Made by a program: the position numbers and the translations under genes
Part shown: in pieces, positions 24,921 to 37,057 of the stretch
Layout: each line of letters begins with the position of its first letter
Position numbering within the stretch: the stretch's first letter is position 1
From: Macrostomum hystrix
Lineage: Eukaryota > Animalia > Platyhelminthes
DNA length: 64,000 nucleotides
NCBI GenBank assembly: GCA_950097015.1
Contig: CATNEN010000001.1
Span: 9,424,001 to 9,488,000 of the forward strand
Direction: 5' to 3'
The notes under the pieces: generated by a model
Databases searched by the model: none
Seen by the model: the letters and a program-made list of their open reading frames with translations, nothing else
What the model was told of the DNA's origin: nothing

Positions 24921-25568
24921 GACTGCTTTTTTATATTTCTGTTAGACAACAGAATCTCACGCCCAGAAAAGAAATGCAGTTCGTAAAGAAAAGAAAGGAT
25001 ATTCGCCATCACTTTAGTTTTACAGAAAATGTTTTCTACAAACTTTGTATTTTTAGTAAAAGCTAGCTGATCAGCAACACATCTCTACATAAAGAGGCAA
25101 AGTCTAAACTACGCAGAAAAAACTCTTTTCAATGCAACGAAAGCTAAATCATAGGTCATAAAGTTAAGAAGAAGCAGAATGTGAGGTGAATTTATTATGC
25201 TTTAGCTTTTAGACTCAGACTGGAGATCATGCTCAGGGCATTGACTGACAAAGGTACGAGTATAAGTATAAGTAGAAATGTAGAATTCAAAGCCTATTCT
25301 TGGCAGAGAACCGGCAAATATTAAATACCAATGCTAAGCACTGCTTAACGTGGCCGGCAGAAAGTTAAATCGTCAAGAATCCATTACTCTTCTGATTAGT
25401 TCTGATTAGTTGGTTAAAACTCCTTAAATTCCGCAGTCGTAAAATGGTGGCAGCATTAGCTAGGGTAGAAAGTTTGTTACATGTGGCAGTTTTCATTTCA
25501 TAAACTGAACAGACTTAAAATCTCGGATACTATAAAATTCTAAGTTACATTATTCCACAGTAAAAAAC

Positions 25569-28500
25569 CTACAGACTAGTGCATTCGTTTTCATTGAGCT
25601 CGCTAGCTGAGTTCTGCTGCTTCTCCTGAAGCAGTTGGAGGGCGCTTCTAATCTTCTCAACCCTTTCCAGGTCCATGGTCTCGATGGCAATGCATCCATC
25701 CGTGATCAGTGTGTTTGCGCGCTCCAGACAGAACTGCAGATGCTCTAGCTTGTCGCTGTACAGTGCCAGAGTTAGGAGCTCTTCGAGATCAGCGTCTTCC
25801 TGCATCTCTTCGAACCAGCTGTCGACACTGTAGTGACTAGTCGGAAGTAGTTCGGCCTGCAGACTCCAAGCCAGGCAGCGAAAGTTGATGTACAAATGCG
25901 AAGCTCCAGTCACCGAGTGTCTCACTGTGATTAGCGAGCCAGCCTTGCCAGGTAGGCAGAAATCAGGCAGATCACTGATTGGGAAGCAGAATCGCCAGGC
26001 CCAGTCGGAGCCGAAGCCGCCTAGAATGCTCGAGGTGAGGTTTTTATACGGACTCCAGAATCTCTGCACCTGATGCTTAACCAATTCTGTAGCTATTCGC
26101 TCTGCCTCTTCTCTATTGGACTGTATCAGGCGAACCATTGTTAATAGGCAGAGCTGCGTACACCCGAAGACTTCTGGAAGTTTGCTTATCTCGGCTGAAA
26201 GTGCATCCATTCTAGTGACTTCAGCTTCTCTAAGTTCGTCCAGGCTTGGTTGAACAATTCGGTAGGCGGTCAACAGATTTTCTGTACGCTGAGAAACCTT
26301 GCCTGAAAGAAATGCCGACTGACTACCTAGGGGTAGCAGTGTGAACGGGTGAAAGTAGAAGTTGTCTGACTCAGTTGGCTTCACATGCTGCCTAACGCAG
26401 TCCAACAGATAGGGCACATTGTCGCGCAGTTCGGTTAAGCCATCTCGCAACCTAGCTTTGGTCAGATCAAAGTCGCCACCCAGCCCGGCATTCTTAAAGT
26501 ACAGCGGCGCATCCGGCATGAAGAAGTGGGGCATGCAAACATCTGGCGAGCTGTCCCAGTCAAGAAACTCCCGCATGATATCGATGGACGTTTTAAGAAG
26601 GCTTACTAGCTTAGAGCTTTGCCAGAGGCTACTGTCGGCGCTGCACTTATCCAGCATAAAGAACAGTAGTGTTTTAGCGTGATAAGTTTTCAGGCCCGGC
26701 GCTCCGTGGTTCTTTGGCAGCAAGTGTTTAAAAATGAATTTTATCAGTATGAACAATTGGCCCTGGATTGTGCTGAGGCTCTTCATGATTTGCTTCTCAT
26801 GAAAGCTGAAACTAATCCGCAGTTCGTTCGCATTATTTGGTCTCGTAGCTCTAACCAGATGGACTCTGGTGGGCGAGATCGTTCTGAAACTTTTCATCCT
26901 GCCTTCGTTAAGACTGCTGCAGCAGCTGAATGCGTGACACGTGTCCTGGGCGGGCCTGACTCCGCAGCTGTCTGTTCTCACAGCGGGATGGCTACCTGTA
27001 ATCAGAGAGGGGTTCCTTATTGACGACTCCTTGGCTGGGAGGCCACAAGTTTGAATCTAAATCCAAGGGAAACAGTTAGCCTTTAGCAAGACAATTCAGT
27101 ACATCCAAAACATACGTAACTTGTAAACGGTTATCACCATGAGCTCGTTTTACAAGGGTAGAAACTCGGGTGGGTTTAGCGGGCCCTGACCATGGACTGG
27201 ACGGCTGTATCACTGTACATCTGTGCCACACGGGTAAGTTAAGTTTCTGACTCTTACCTATTCTACTGTAATACCAAAGACGGGCTTTCAGTGCAATTGT
27301 ATATAATTAAGCCTACTAGGTTGCCTTCAACTCACCAGCAGGAACTGCAATTTGAGCATGGCCTTCAACTACTGCCAGTCTATGTGCGCCCAGGCATCTG
27401 CAGCCGCCCTCTAAATGAAAAGAATGGGCGTCGTCAGTCATCACAGTCCAGTCGATGTCAGAGTCGGGGGCTATCTTTCCGTTCAGCAGCTTCAAGTTGC
27501 AGCCCCAACCCTCAGCATAACTGCCAGTCATACTGATTTGGTCTTGGGTGTGATTCCGAACCAAGTCCTCGAGCTCCTCGGCGATCTCTTGTTGAAAGCT
27601 GACTCGAATTTGCTTGAAGCCGGCCTTGTTAAGCAGCTCGTGTATTATCATGCTCAGTTTTCGGTCGTCAGATTTTGATTCAACCACTTTTTCGCTCCTA
27701 TAGAACAACCAGGATGAAATTAGAATCATACGAGCGTATTTCTTGAATAAAGCGTATAACATCGTCGTATACTTACATTTTCATTGATTGAAAATTCAAG
27801 ACATCGTTGGTGCTAAAAAGTAAATTTTTATTTCATTGTATTAAATTCCTTCATTACTAACTAATGTAATACAAGAGATAAGTCATCTGCTTGAAAGCAT
27901 AATAATTGCTTCCGTATTCAAACACGCTCACCGTCCTAAAGAGGAGTCCCTTTGACGAAGCAGCAGAAGCACCACTTGCTGGCCAGACTCCACCGCCAGC
28001 TGCCAGCAGGTTTTCCCGTTCCTGTCGCAATGTCGAATATTCGATCCGCGTTCGATCAAAATTTTGGCGCTCCGAACTGCGCCAGCGAGGCATGCTCTGG
28101 CCAGGGCTGTCCGACCGTAGTCGTCTTCAGATTGAACTGACGCTCCGAGGTTGAGAAGTTGATTGACAACGTCGTGTTGATCATAATCCGCAGCTAGCAT
28201 TAACGCAGTACCAACAGACCTCAAGCCCTGATCTGGAGCTGGAGGGTTTTCTAACAGGGCGAAGATAATCGAAACATGCCCGTTGGAGATGCATTTATGC
28301 AGGAGCCTCTCTCGCTGCGTCTGATCAAGCCTAGACAGTGTCAGCTGAAGGGCGACGTTGGCCTTATTTGTAAAGCTGTTCACCGCGTCGATGGCAAGGT
28401 AATTCAGCATCTTGTCATCCATGATAAGCTCACTATTCTCCGCACTAAATAATTCATCGATATTTTCTATAGCCGCAAAGTAAAAAAGGCCAAATACGAA

Positions 28501-30332
28501 CTTACAAAGACCTCTTGCTGCGGCTTTCCTTGCCGCTTGAATGCAGACTCGACTTCTAATAGCCTTGCTATGTATGCGCAGTAGCAGGCACTTGACTTTC
28601 GCCAAGCTGCCCCTCGCGGCAGCGCTGATTCCAGCATTGGCATAGCACTGATCTCTAACCTCAGTGTCCGAAATTCGCTCGGCCATGCTGAATACCATTT
28701 CCCATAAGCGGCAGTCTGTCGCCGTTTCAGCTAATTCTGTCCAGCAATCGTCTCGAACAGCTGGATTACTGATGCTTGTCGCTAATGTCTGGGCTAGAGG
28801 CCAGTTTTGCTGTTTGGCTGCAGTAATGGCGTTTAGTGCGCCGCATTCATCTCTCATTGCCAAATCTGTGATCTCGCTTCTTGCCCGTTCTGACAGCTCC
28901 CAATGACCTTTACTGGCTGCGACCGTTGTTGAATCGATGCTGCACTCCAGTTTAACATTTCGATCGGCAATTTTGTTATTGAAGTAGAAAAACAAGTCCG
29001 TTTGGCCTGATTTGGCAGCAGACGTTGCGGAGCTCCTGTAGCCGAAGTCGCGCAAGGATTCAACGCTAATCAATTCGACAGCTTCAGTAGCAATCTCCCA
29101 CTGCCCTCTAGAGGCGGCAGATTTCGTCACAACGGCGCAGCACTCGTCTCTAAGCTTTTCGTCAGAAATTGTCTCTAGTAGATGAATGGACAAATCAGAT
29201 CGACCCAGTTCGGAAGCTGATATTGCTGAAACTCGGGCGCACTGGTCTCTTAATTCTTTGTCGCCGATTGACGGCAGAAGTTGGCTCACAACATTCCAAT
29301 ATCCCTTCGAAGCTGCAGACCTAATCGCACCGCTGCTGCACTGATCCCTCAGCAAAGGGTTGGAGATGATTCCCTGAATTCTAGACACGGTTCCATCATC
29401 TCCTTGGCTTGCGACGTAAGCGCAAATTTTGCTGCAGCATTCGAACTTGACCTTTTCGTCTCCGATAGATTCAGCGATGCCGATAACAGTGCTCCATTGA
29501 TCATGGAACTTTTTCTGCCATCCTGATTCCCTGACGCTATCGTAAATGGACTCGTCCTCAGTGGTCAGCATTGAGAAATATATTGCCATTTTCTGATGAC
29601 ACTCTGACGCAGCTAAGTCCGCTGTGTTTCTATAAAGTTCATCTCTGGCACTTGGTCTGACATGATGTCAATCAGTTGCTTCACTAAACTCCAGCGATTC
29701 TCTTCGCCAGCAGAAATCGCTGCGTCAATACACACAGTGTCTCTTTCATTGGAATCTGGCACGCATCGGACAATGTTTAGTGTCATGGCACTGGTGCTCC
29801 ATTTGGCAGCCGCATGCGCAACTCTTCTAACACAGTGGGTCCTAAGAATGGAATTTTTAATTGCTTGAATCAAGCATAGTGCTACTTCAAACTGACACCA
29901 CTCTGCCGCTTGACGAGATGCTTCAGCGCAATGTCGATCCCTTCTGGACGGGTCTTCAATCGCTTGGAGCAGTTGAACCATGGCCTCCCAGTGGTTTTTG
30001 TCGCGAGCAGACTTGGCTAGATCGTACAGAGCTTCGTCCATATCAGAGGCATACGAGTACGTAATGAGGAGTCTCCTCGCTTCGTAGGCGTTACCACTAG
30101 CAGCTAAAGAGGTAGCTGCTTGATAGCTTGCGCAATCAAGACTATCTTGCGATTCTGTGAGGCCAATGAGTCTAATAGTTAAAGGCAGGAGCCAGTTGCA
30201 ATTTTTCTTTGCTGCCGCTTTCTTCAGTAGCCAGACTTTTTTGCACCTTGTTGATTCGTTGGCGCTTCTGAACTCCGTAGAACCTCTCAGAATGTAGTGG
30301 CTACGTCTCAACATCTTTACGTCTCTCAACAT
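25569..30332 (-). CDS. cGAS-like receptor (Mab-21-family nucleotidyltransferase) fused to ~17 x 33-aa helical repeats and ankyrin repeats, ~1,396 aa. Exons 30332-27932 (1-nt frameshift at ~29652), 27697-27336, 26995-25569
   Basis: NTase motifs TGSYAEG and DSDIDW, a third Asp in QDTCHAF, then VHLV...ELRISFSFHEK, GLKTYHAKTLLFFMLD and CMPHFFMPD (Mab-21 C-lobe). Donor CG|GTGAGC (27932) joins acceptor TATAG|G (27697) in phase 2. Donor G|GTGAGT (27336) joins acceptor TTACAG|GT (26995) in phase 1. Confidence 0.85.
27950..28310 (-). other. Ankyrin repeats (3 clear, 1 degenerate) within the cGLR gene
   Basis: GTALMLAADYDQHDVVNQLLNLGA, GRTALARACLAGAVRSAKILIERGS, GKTCWQLAVESGQQVVLLLL. Confidence 0.85.
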
Positions 30333-31073
30333 CTCAACAGCTCTACGACGCTGACGACAAAATTCTAAAAACGTATCTCATTAAAGACGTTTTTTACATT
30401 TATAAATACTGCTTGAGATTCTGAAACTGCTATATGTAGAGAGAAGATCCGCTTATAGATATAATATTATCTGCACTTATGTTCTGATCCTGCCCCCCTA
30501 TTTAAAAGATTTCCTTATCTTTACGAATTCTACACTGAAGATTTTTAGACTGAGTTAAAAAAAATATCCACACTGCTAGCTACTGCAGAATGGAGAAACA
30601 GCAATGCAAGGGAAAGTCTTTGAATGTACATTTTATGAGCCCTAGCTAGCAAAAGAACGTTCGCATATCAGTGCTATATTGTGGCTGGCTTGAGTAGACG
30701 TATTTTGTAAGTGTACCTGTTGAGGAATTTAAAACCAAAAGGTAATAGCACTGCACATTTTATTTAAATAAAAAAGCAAAAAAATGTTACTGACTGCTGA
30801 TCATTTTATTTTGCGGTGACGTATCATCAGATATGCAAAGCATATTGATAAATCGATATATATTAACTAAAAGCGTATAATTCGCTTTTCTAATGTAGTA
30901 TCCTTGCAAATAACGAAAACTGCAGAGGCTCCGTTTAGTAGAGTTCTAGTTGAAAAGGATGTGCGCCGATAGCAAGCACTCGGCAGTAGATTTGCTTGAA
31001 GCGTGTATTTGTAGTAGTCTGTGCTAGCAATAATAGCTGAAGGAGTTTTGGTTATGACTGCGCGTGGAGTTTC

Positions 31074-31226
31074 TATTTATAGGCGGGAGCGCGAGTGGGG
31101 AACTTTCCAGAAGGATACCATACATGGCACACGCGCACACGAGAGAAGGGTCGAGAAGATTCTGGAATAAACAAATGAACTCACGCATCATAACAAATGA
31201 GGGAAGTTACTAGAAACTTCCAGAAT
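31074..31226 (-). promoter_or_regulatory. hsp70-type promoter: TATA box plus three heat-shock elements, oriented toward the cGLR gene
   Basis: TATAAATA on the minus strand (31081-31074). HSEs nGAAnnTTCnnGAAn at 31099-31113 (gGAActTTCcaGAAg), 31154-31168 (aGAAgaTTCtgGAAt) and 31202-31226 (gGAAgtTACtaGAAacTTCcaGAAt, 5 units, 1 mismatch). Confidence 0.75.
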
Positions 31227-32119
31227 AATTACACGATCGCCATAACATCTAACACTATCATTTCTCACTGTACATAGTGCATGAAGTCATGACCTTACTT
31301 AATGCTTCGGAAGGGACAAAACTAATAAAAACGAAGTTTGTAATTAAATAGTAAAACAAAAAGGAAATGACAGTTTCCTTGCTTTTAATTAAAGCCTGCA
31401 AAAGCCGTAAAATCTTGCAGATTAGTTATAATTTGACAAGAAAATGAGTTTTTATTTTCCTATATTTTAATTCTTAAAATATATGCTATTTAAATTTAAA
31501 TTGACAAAATCTTTCTAATTTTTTAACTAACACCCGATAGCTAGGCCCTACTATATTAAAAATATCTTTATTAGTCCAAATTACGTACGGGTTAAAATAG
31601 ACCAGGTTGGTAGCCACTATCTGTCTGTCTTTGTGTCTATCTGTTGTTACTGCTATATCTATACATGCGAAGGTGTGACTTCCTGTTAAAAATGGCTGAC
31701 CTAAATTGGCTATTTTAGAAAACTAGCAGTTAGGTAAGGCAATTAGTAATATTCTAAATCTTCATATCCACATGAAGATTATATCTCAGCTTGATTCTTT
31801 GTAGTACAGTCATTATGACAATTATGGTTAGCATTATTTACTGACTTATTTACAAAAAGTTCTCCTTCTGGTGGTTCTTGATTTATGCATATTGTTTCAA
31901 TATTAAAGGACGTTACAATAAATTAGACTTGTTTGATTAAATTATTTTTGGCTGGAATACTAGCAGAAATTTTTTGTCATACTTTATCTACACACAACAT
32001 AAAAATGTTTTCTAGAATGTGTGTTAGGGTACTTCTTGTTTAAGGTTCAGTAGGAACATTTAATTAAGTGAGTGGACAGTTCAATTGCAGAAAGACTCAA
32101 CATGGTAGGTGGTCAGAAG

Positions 32120-32497
32120 GGATCCTAGACACTTCGTCATCCAGCCAATTGGCATGCTTTAAAGTTTGGTCAGTTTGCCATCGACTAATAACAAGCAATC
32201 AAGTTCGTCATCAATAAAGTGAGGGTGGGTTGGTGGTGCAGAGGTGTGAACACACTTCACATTCTAAATTGTCAAAAAGAGGTGTCAAAACTGATTTCAT
32301 TATAAGAGTTGAAAGATAGGTGCCAACACGATGTGAGGAGGGGTGGGGAGGGGTGATTCTGTTCTAACTTTGAAAACTTTTGTTTTATAGATGACAGTGT
32401 CCACAAGTCTAAGTCTCTTTGTCATCTACCCTCTAAGATATTAGACTGATCGTCATCTGGATGACAAAGTTGTAAGATGACAAAGTGTCTAGGTACC
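32120..32497. mobile_element. MITE (non-autonomous DNA transposon) with 22-bp TIRs and 8-bp TSD, Merlin- or hAT-type
   Basis: Left TIR GGATCCTAGACACTTCGTCATC; right TIR (reverse complement) GGTACCTAGACACTTTGTCATC, 19/22 identical. Flanks GTCAGAAG (32112-32119) and ATCAGAAG (32498-32505). Internal GTCATC/GATGAC subrepeats. Confidence 0.7.
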
Positions 32498-33126
32498 ATC
32501 AGAAGTGAAGTGGAGCCAATCAAGGCAAACCAATAAAACAACTTCTGTAGTTCTTTTTATTAGGTTTTGTAGTAGTAAAGCTGCCCAATAAATTTGATAT
32601 GGCAATTTTGCAAAAAACTTTCAAAAATGTTTTTTTTGGCCGACATAATATAAAGATTTTTTAGTATGGCAATTTTGATTAGAGCCAGTCTAAATGCTAT
32701 TGGCTGACATTTGGCTGACTGCAGATCCAATACAAAATCCTTTAGAGTAGTACTTTTAGTTGTATTTTTTTCTCATAGTTAAGTTGCTTAAACTAAAATA
32801 GGAAAATCAAGTTGCCAGATTATTTTAGTTTTTTTATTTCCATATTTTTCAATATTGTTGATGTTATGCAACATTGGACCTTGACAATTCTATTGTTTTT
32901 ATAATATGTTTAAGCCTAGCCCTAGCCCCATGTCTACTCTATATTTGTAGTATTATTTATCTATATAGTAGCTTTTAAATTAAATTGTACAGTTGTGTTA
33001 AATATATGCTTCAGTAGCAGAATAGACTAGATTTAGAAAAAATCTAAACATTTCAGAAAAAAATATGTTAAACAGGCTTTACAACTCTAGGTTAAAAATC
33101 TTGATGTTATAGCAGAGTTTCTAGTC

Positions 33127-33587
33127 TTTGCCACTATCTTGTCTGTCAATAGACAAGTTGACTTATTTGTAGGCAAGTGAAATTCATGAGCAGACATTTA
33201 GAAAAATTTGGCCTTAACTGAAATGAGAAGAAATAAGAAATTAAACTTATGATACCATGCCAGTGTTTGGATAGAAGATCTGCAGATTGTTGGTTCTTTG
33301 ACTAATTTAAATGGATTTGTGGATACTTTTTGCTCTTTTGAAAAAAAATCTCTTGTGTTCTCTTTTTCAAATATACCACACTTGTTATAAGAATAATAGA
33401 CTGTGATATCTTACATGCAATTTCATACCATTGTGATTTTCATAGTTTATTATTTTGTCTTGTGGCAATAAAAGCAATAGCAAACAACTTTGTTTTAATA
33501 GCCCTTTTGGTAGACAAATTTGTAGTTTGTACGCATATTTGAAGTTTCTTTTAAAGGCTAGTTAATAGCAGACAAGATAGTGGCAAA
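33127..33587. mobile_element. Possible MITE bounded by a perfect 19-bp inverted repeat
   Basis: TTTGCCACTATCTTGTCTG (33127-33145) and CAGACAAGATAGTGGCAAA (33569-33587). A related motif lies at ~31613. No clear TSD. Confidence 0.45.
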
Positions 33588-35204
33588 CAAAAGAGTTGGA
33601 GCATTAAGTATAAAATGAAGGTATTGAAGCTAACTTTGGAGTCTAAAATATTGTGAACTGTTTATTGGCTTTTTCTTTGCTTAGTTTTGCTACACAAGTT
33701 TTTTGCTAATATTCATATGAAACAAAAATAGAGCCGTCTGTTTTACTAGCAAGCCTTTGAAATCATTCTATCGTTGACATCATAGTAAGCCTATTGTTTC
33801 CTGTCTAACTTAGCTCTTAATTTGACATTGTTAGATGTCTTGTAATAAATGAGCTAGTCTAGTAGTATATTTTCATACTATATTTAAAAAATGTCCAACA
33901 TGGCCAAAATGGATTTCGCTGAAATGACAAATCACAAGTCATAAATATTTGAAGCAAGCCTTTGTTTCATATCTGGACAATCAATAGTGGGTTACCAAGC
34001 TCTGATGTAGACTAAAAAATCACAGCTCTTACCAAAAAGTGTCATTATATTTTTTGCAAAAAACGTTTCAATTAAAAGTAATTTATATTTTTAGCTGCTG
34101 CAATAACATATCTAGTAGTAGTTTATCTACTAGCATGGATAATGAATAACAGTTTAATGAATAATTATGTTCTTGTCTGGTAAGTTACTGGCAATAAAAG
34201 TGGACAGAATGGGTCAGCATCTGCAGTCTACTTCGCTTAGCAACAGTGTGACTTACTTCTGTCATTCTATTCAAGCATTGTCAAACGATGACGAATCTTG
34301 GCAGTATTCGAAGACTTTTAAAGTTGAAAACATAGTTGAAGACAAAGACCTCATTGTTAACATCGTACACCCCGCGCACTGATTGTCTCATCATCGGTAA
34401 TTAAACTTGTTTGGCTTCCTTTAGTCATAGCTTTGTTACAGAATATCCCATTATAATTAGCAGTCCAGTTCCCAAAGCGCCAATGTTTTACACTTGACAT
34501 CATGAAAAAGGGTTATATTTGCTTTCATCGCTGGTACCTTCCTATGAGGATTTCTCTTTCGTGTCTGATTCTTCTGGCACACTTTCTTTACCCTTCTAAG
34601 TCAGGCAATTCCCCCGCCTATCCATTTAGAGTGTGATAGTTGCCATGCATAGGTAAAAAGTTGCACCGGCTTAGTAAGCTCTATATAATTTCGGCTTCTG
34701 GCAGGAAATGGCTTATAGCAAGGTGGGGCTTCCAAAAAGCTGGTCCCGTTACCTGCTTGTAATCCAGTTTAGAGGCTTTGTGCTTAGCGGACGAAAGGGT
34801 GGGGTTGGGAGAGAGGAAGACAGGGATTTTCCATTCCAGACTCTTTGTAATGGGGACGACCAGTTTTTTTGGTCGAAGATTCGTAGTTTGTTCAGTTTTA
34901 ACTACCTTGAACAGAACAGGTCTATTTATATCTCAGTCTTCTGCAATCTGTGTGTTAACTGCTAGCTACTTAATTCGGTTAGTTAGCTGCGCCTGGTAAG
35001 GTTAATTATCGCTCTATAACTATTCTGTTCAGTGTTTGTAGTATTCGTCATATCATTCGGTATATCTATTCCAGACAATTTTGTCCCATTCATATGTGAA
35101 ATATACCTTCATTTGAGTCTCTTGTTCACCTTACTTAGAGAAGAATTCGCACCAAACTGGAGATTTGGAGTCAAATCAATCTGAGGATTTAGGATGAATC
35201 TGAG

Positions 35205-35835
35205 GATCTGTGTGAATTTAGGATCAATCTGTGGACCTGTGAGGGTGTTGGATCAATCTGAGGATCTGTGAGGGTGTTGGATCAATCTGAGGAAATGTGA
35301 GGGTGTTGGATCAATCTGAGGATCTGTGAGGGTGTTGGATCGATCTGAGGATCTGTGAGGGTGTTGGATCAATCTGAGGATCTGTGAGGGTGTTGGATCA
35401 ATCTGAGGATCTGTGAGGGTGTTGGATCAATCTGAGGATCTTTGAGGGTGTTGGATCAATCTGAGGATCTTGTGGTGGTGTTGGATCAATCTGAGGATCT
35501 GTGAGGGTGTTGGATCAATCTGAGGATCTGTGAGGGTGTTGGATCAATCTGAGGATCTGTGAGGGTGTTGGATCAATCTGAGGATCTGTGAGGGTGTTGG
35601 ATCAATCTGAGGATCTGTGAGGGTGTTGGATCAATCTGAGGATCTATGAGGATTTAGGATCAATCTGTGGATCTGTGTAGATTCAGGATCAATCTGTGAG
35701 GATTTTGGATCAATCTGTGAGGATTTAGGACCAACCTGTGGATCTGTGAGGATTTAGGACCAATGTGTGGATCTGTGAGGATTTAGGACCAATCTGAGGA
35801 TCTGTGAGGGTGTTGGATCAATTTGAGGATCTGTA
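35205..35835. repeat. Minisatellite, 29-bp unit GGATCAATCTGAGGATCTGTGAGGGTGTT
   Basis: Directly visible. Confidence 0.95.
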
Positions 35836-37057
35836 AGTTTGTCAGATCACCTTATAGATTGTGGTGCATATAGGAAAAAGTGCATTCTTAGTTTGAATGA
35901 CACGAAAACAGGGAAATGATTTTAGAAGAGCGAAAATAGTATTGATAACATCGTCATTAATCATGAATCACCTTCATAATTGTACCTATAAATGTACTGG
36001 CGCAAAGTTAAAAAAAGTTCTTTTCTTCGGATTTGTTGCATCGAAACTCTCTATCTGACCTGGGTAAAATAAATAACAGCGGTAATGTTCCATTCTGTTA
36101 GTCTTTTTCTTATCTAACTCTTAAAGCCTCTCTTTTTTACCAGTATTTCCCTATGTTATGCTATTAAACTGATTGTCAAGTACTGCATAGCGAGGCTTAA
36201 TCTGAATGAGGAACTGGGAAATTCGCCAGTCGAGTGGATGTGTTAGATAAAGCAAGTCTTAGCTTGCGCTTTGATTCAACCTATATTGATGCTTCATTCC
36301 GCTAACTTTGCAAAACACCAAAAAACCCATCAACTGGGCATTATAAAAGCTTTAAAGTACTTTGAAGTACTTCGCTTCATCATCAGAATTCGTCAACCGT
36401 GTCCTGCTGTGACCCGAGAACAGATTTTTTATTAAAAGTACAAAATAAATAGTTATAGTTAAGCCTAAAGATTAACGTTTCTTTTCCAAAGAATTAATTA
36501 AGTTCGCTCCCTGCATTTGGATCATTAATTGACAATGATCAACAAACAACGATTTAAAACAGATGTTGACTTGCCAATTATCTATTTTAAATCTTTGTTT
36601 ATTGATCAATTTGATAGGGGATATTCACGAACTCGTGTGTTCCTGGTTTATATTTAGATTTGAATCAAATCTCAGTTTTTGTCTTTTTTTCTTAGGAAAA
36701 ACCAAGGTTCATGCTTCAACTGTGACCAGATGACCTAGAAAGATTTCCAAAAAAATTTACGACTCTTGCCTTTATTCTTGCTTTCTTTTTTGTGTGATGA
36801 ATTTGGCCTACTATTTGCTAAACTAACATTACGAGTATTTATTTTTAAAAAAATCCAGCAATACACTTCTATCGTCAATTTTTTGCATGTATGCTACACA
36901 CTTTCTATGTTGCTTAGTTTTTTGTTTCCTTATAGCAACTGTTGTGCAATTCATCTATAATCCCTTAATCCAGCGCTCCATGGGTAAGCGTCTCGCTGGC
37001 CAATTATCCAACCAAAAACGACACAGGTGTGATAAAATAGACGAGGGATAAGACAAA

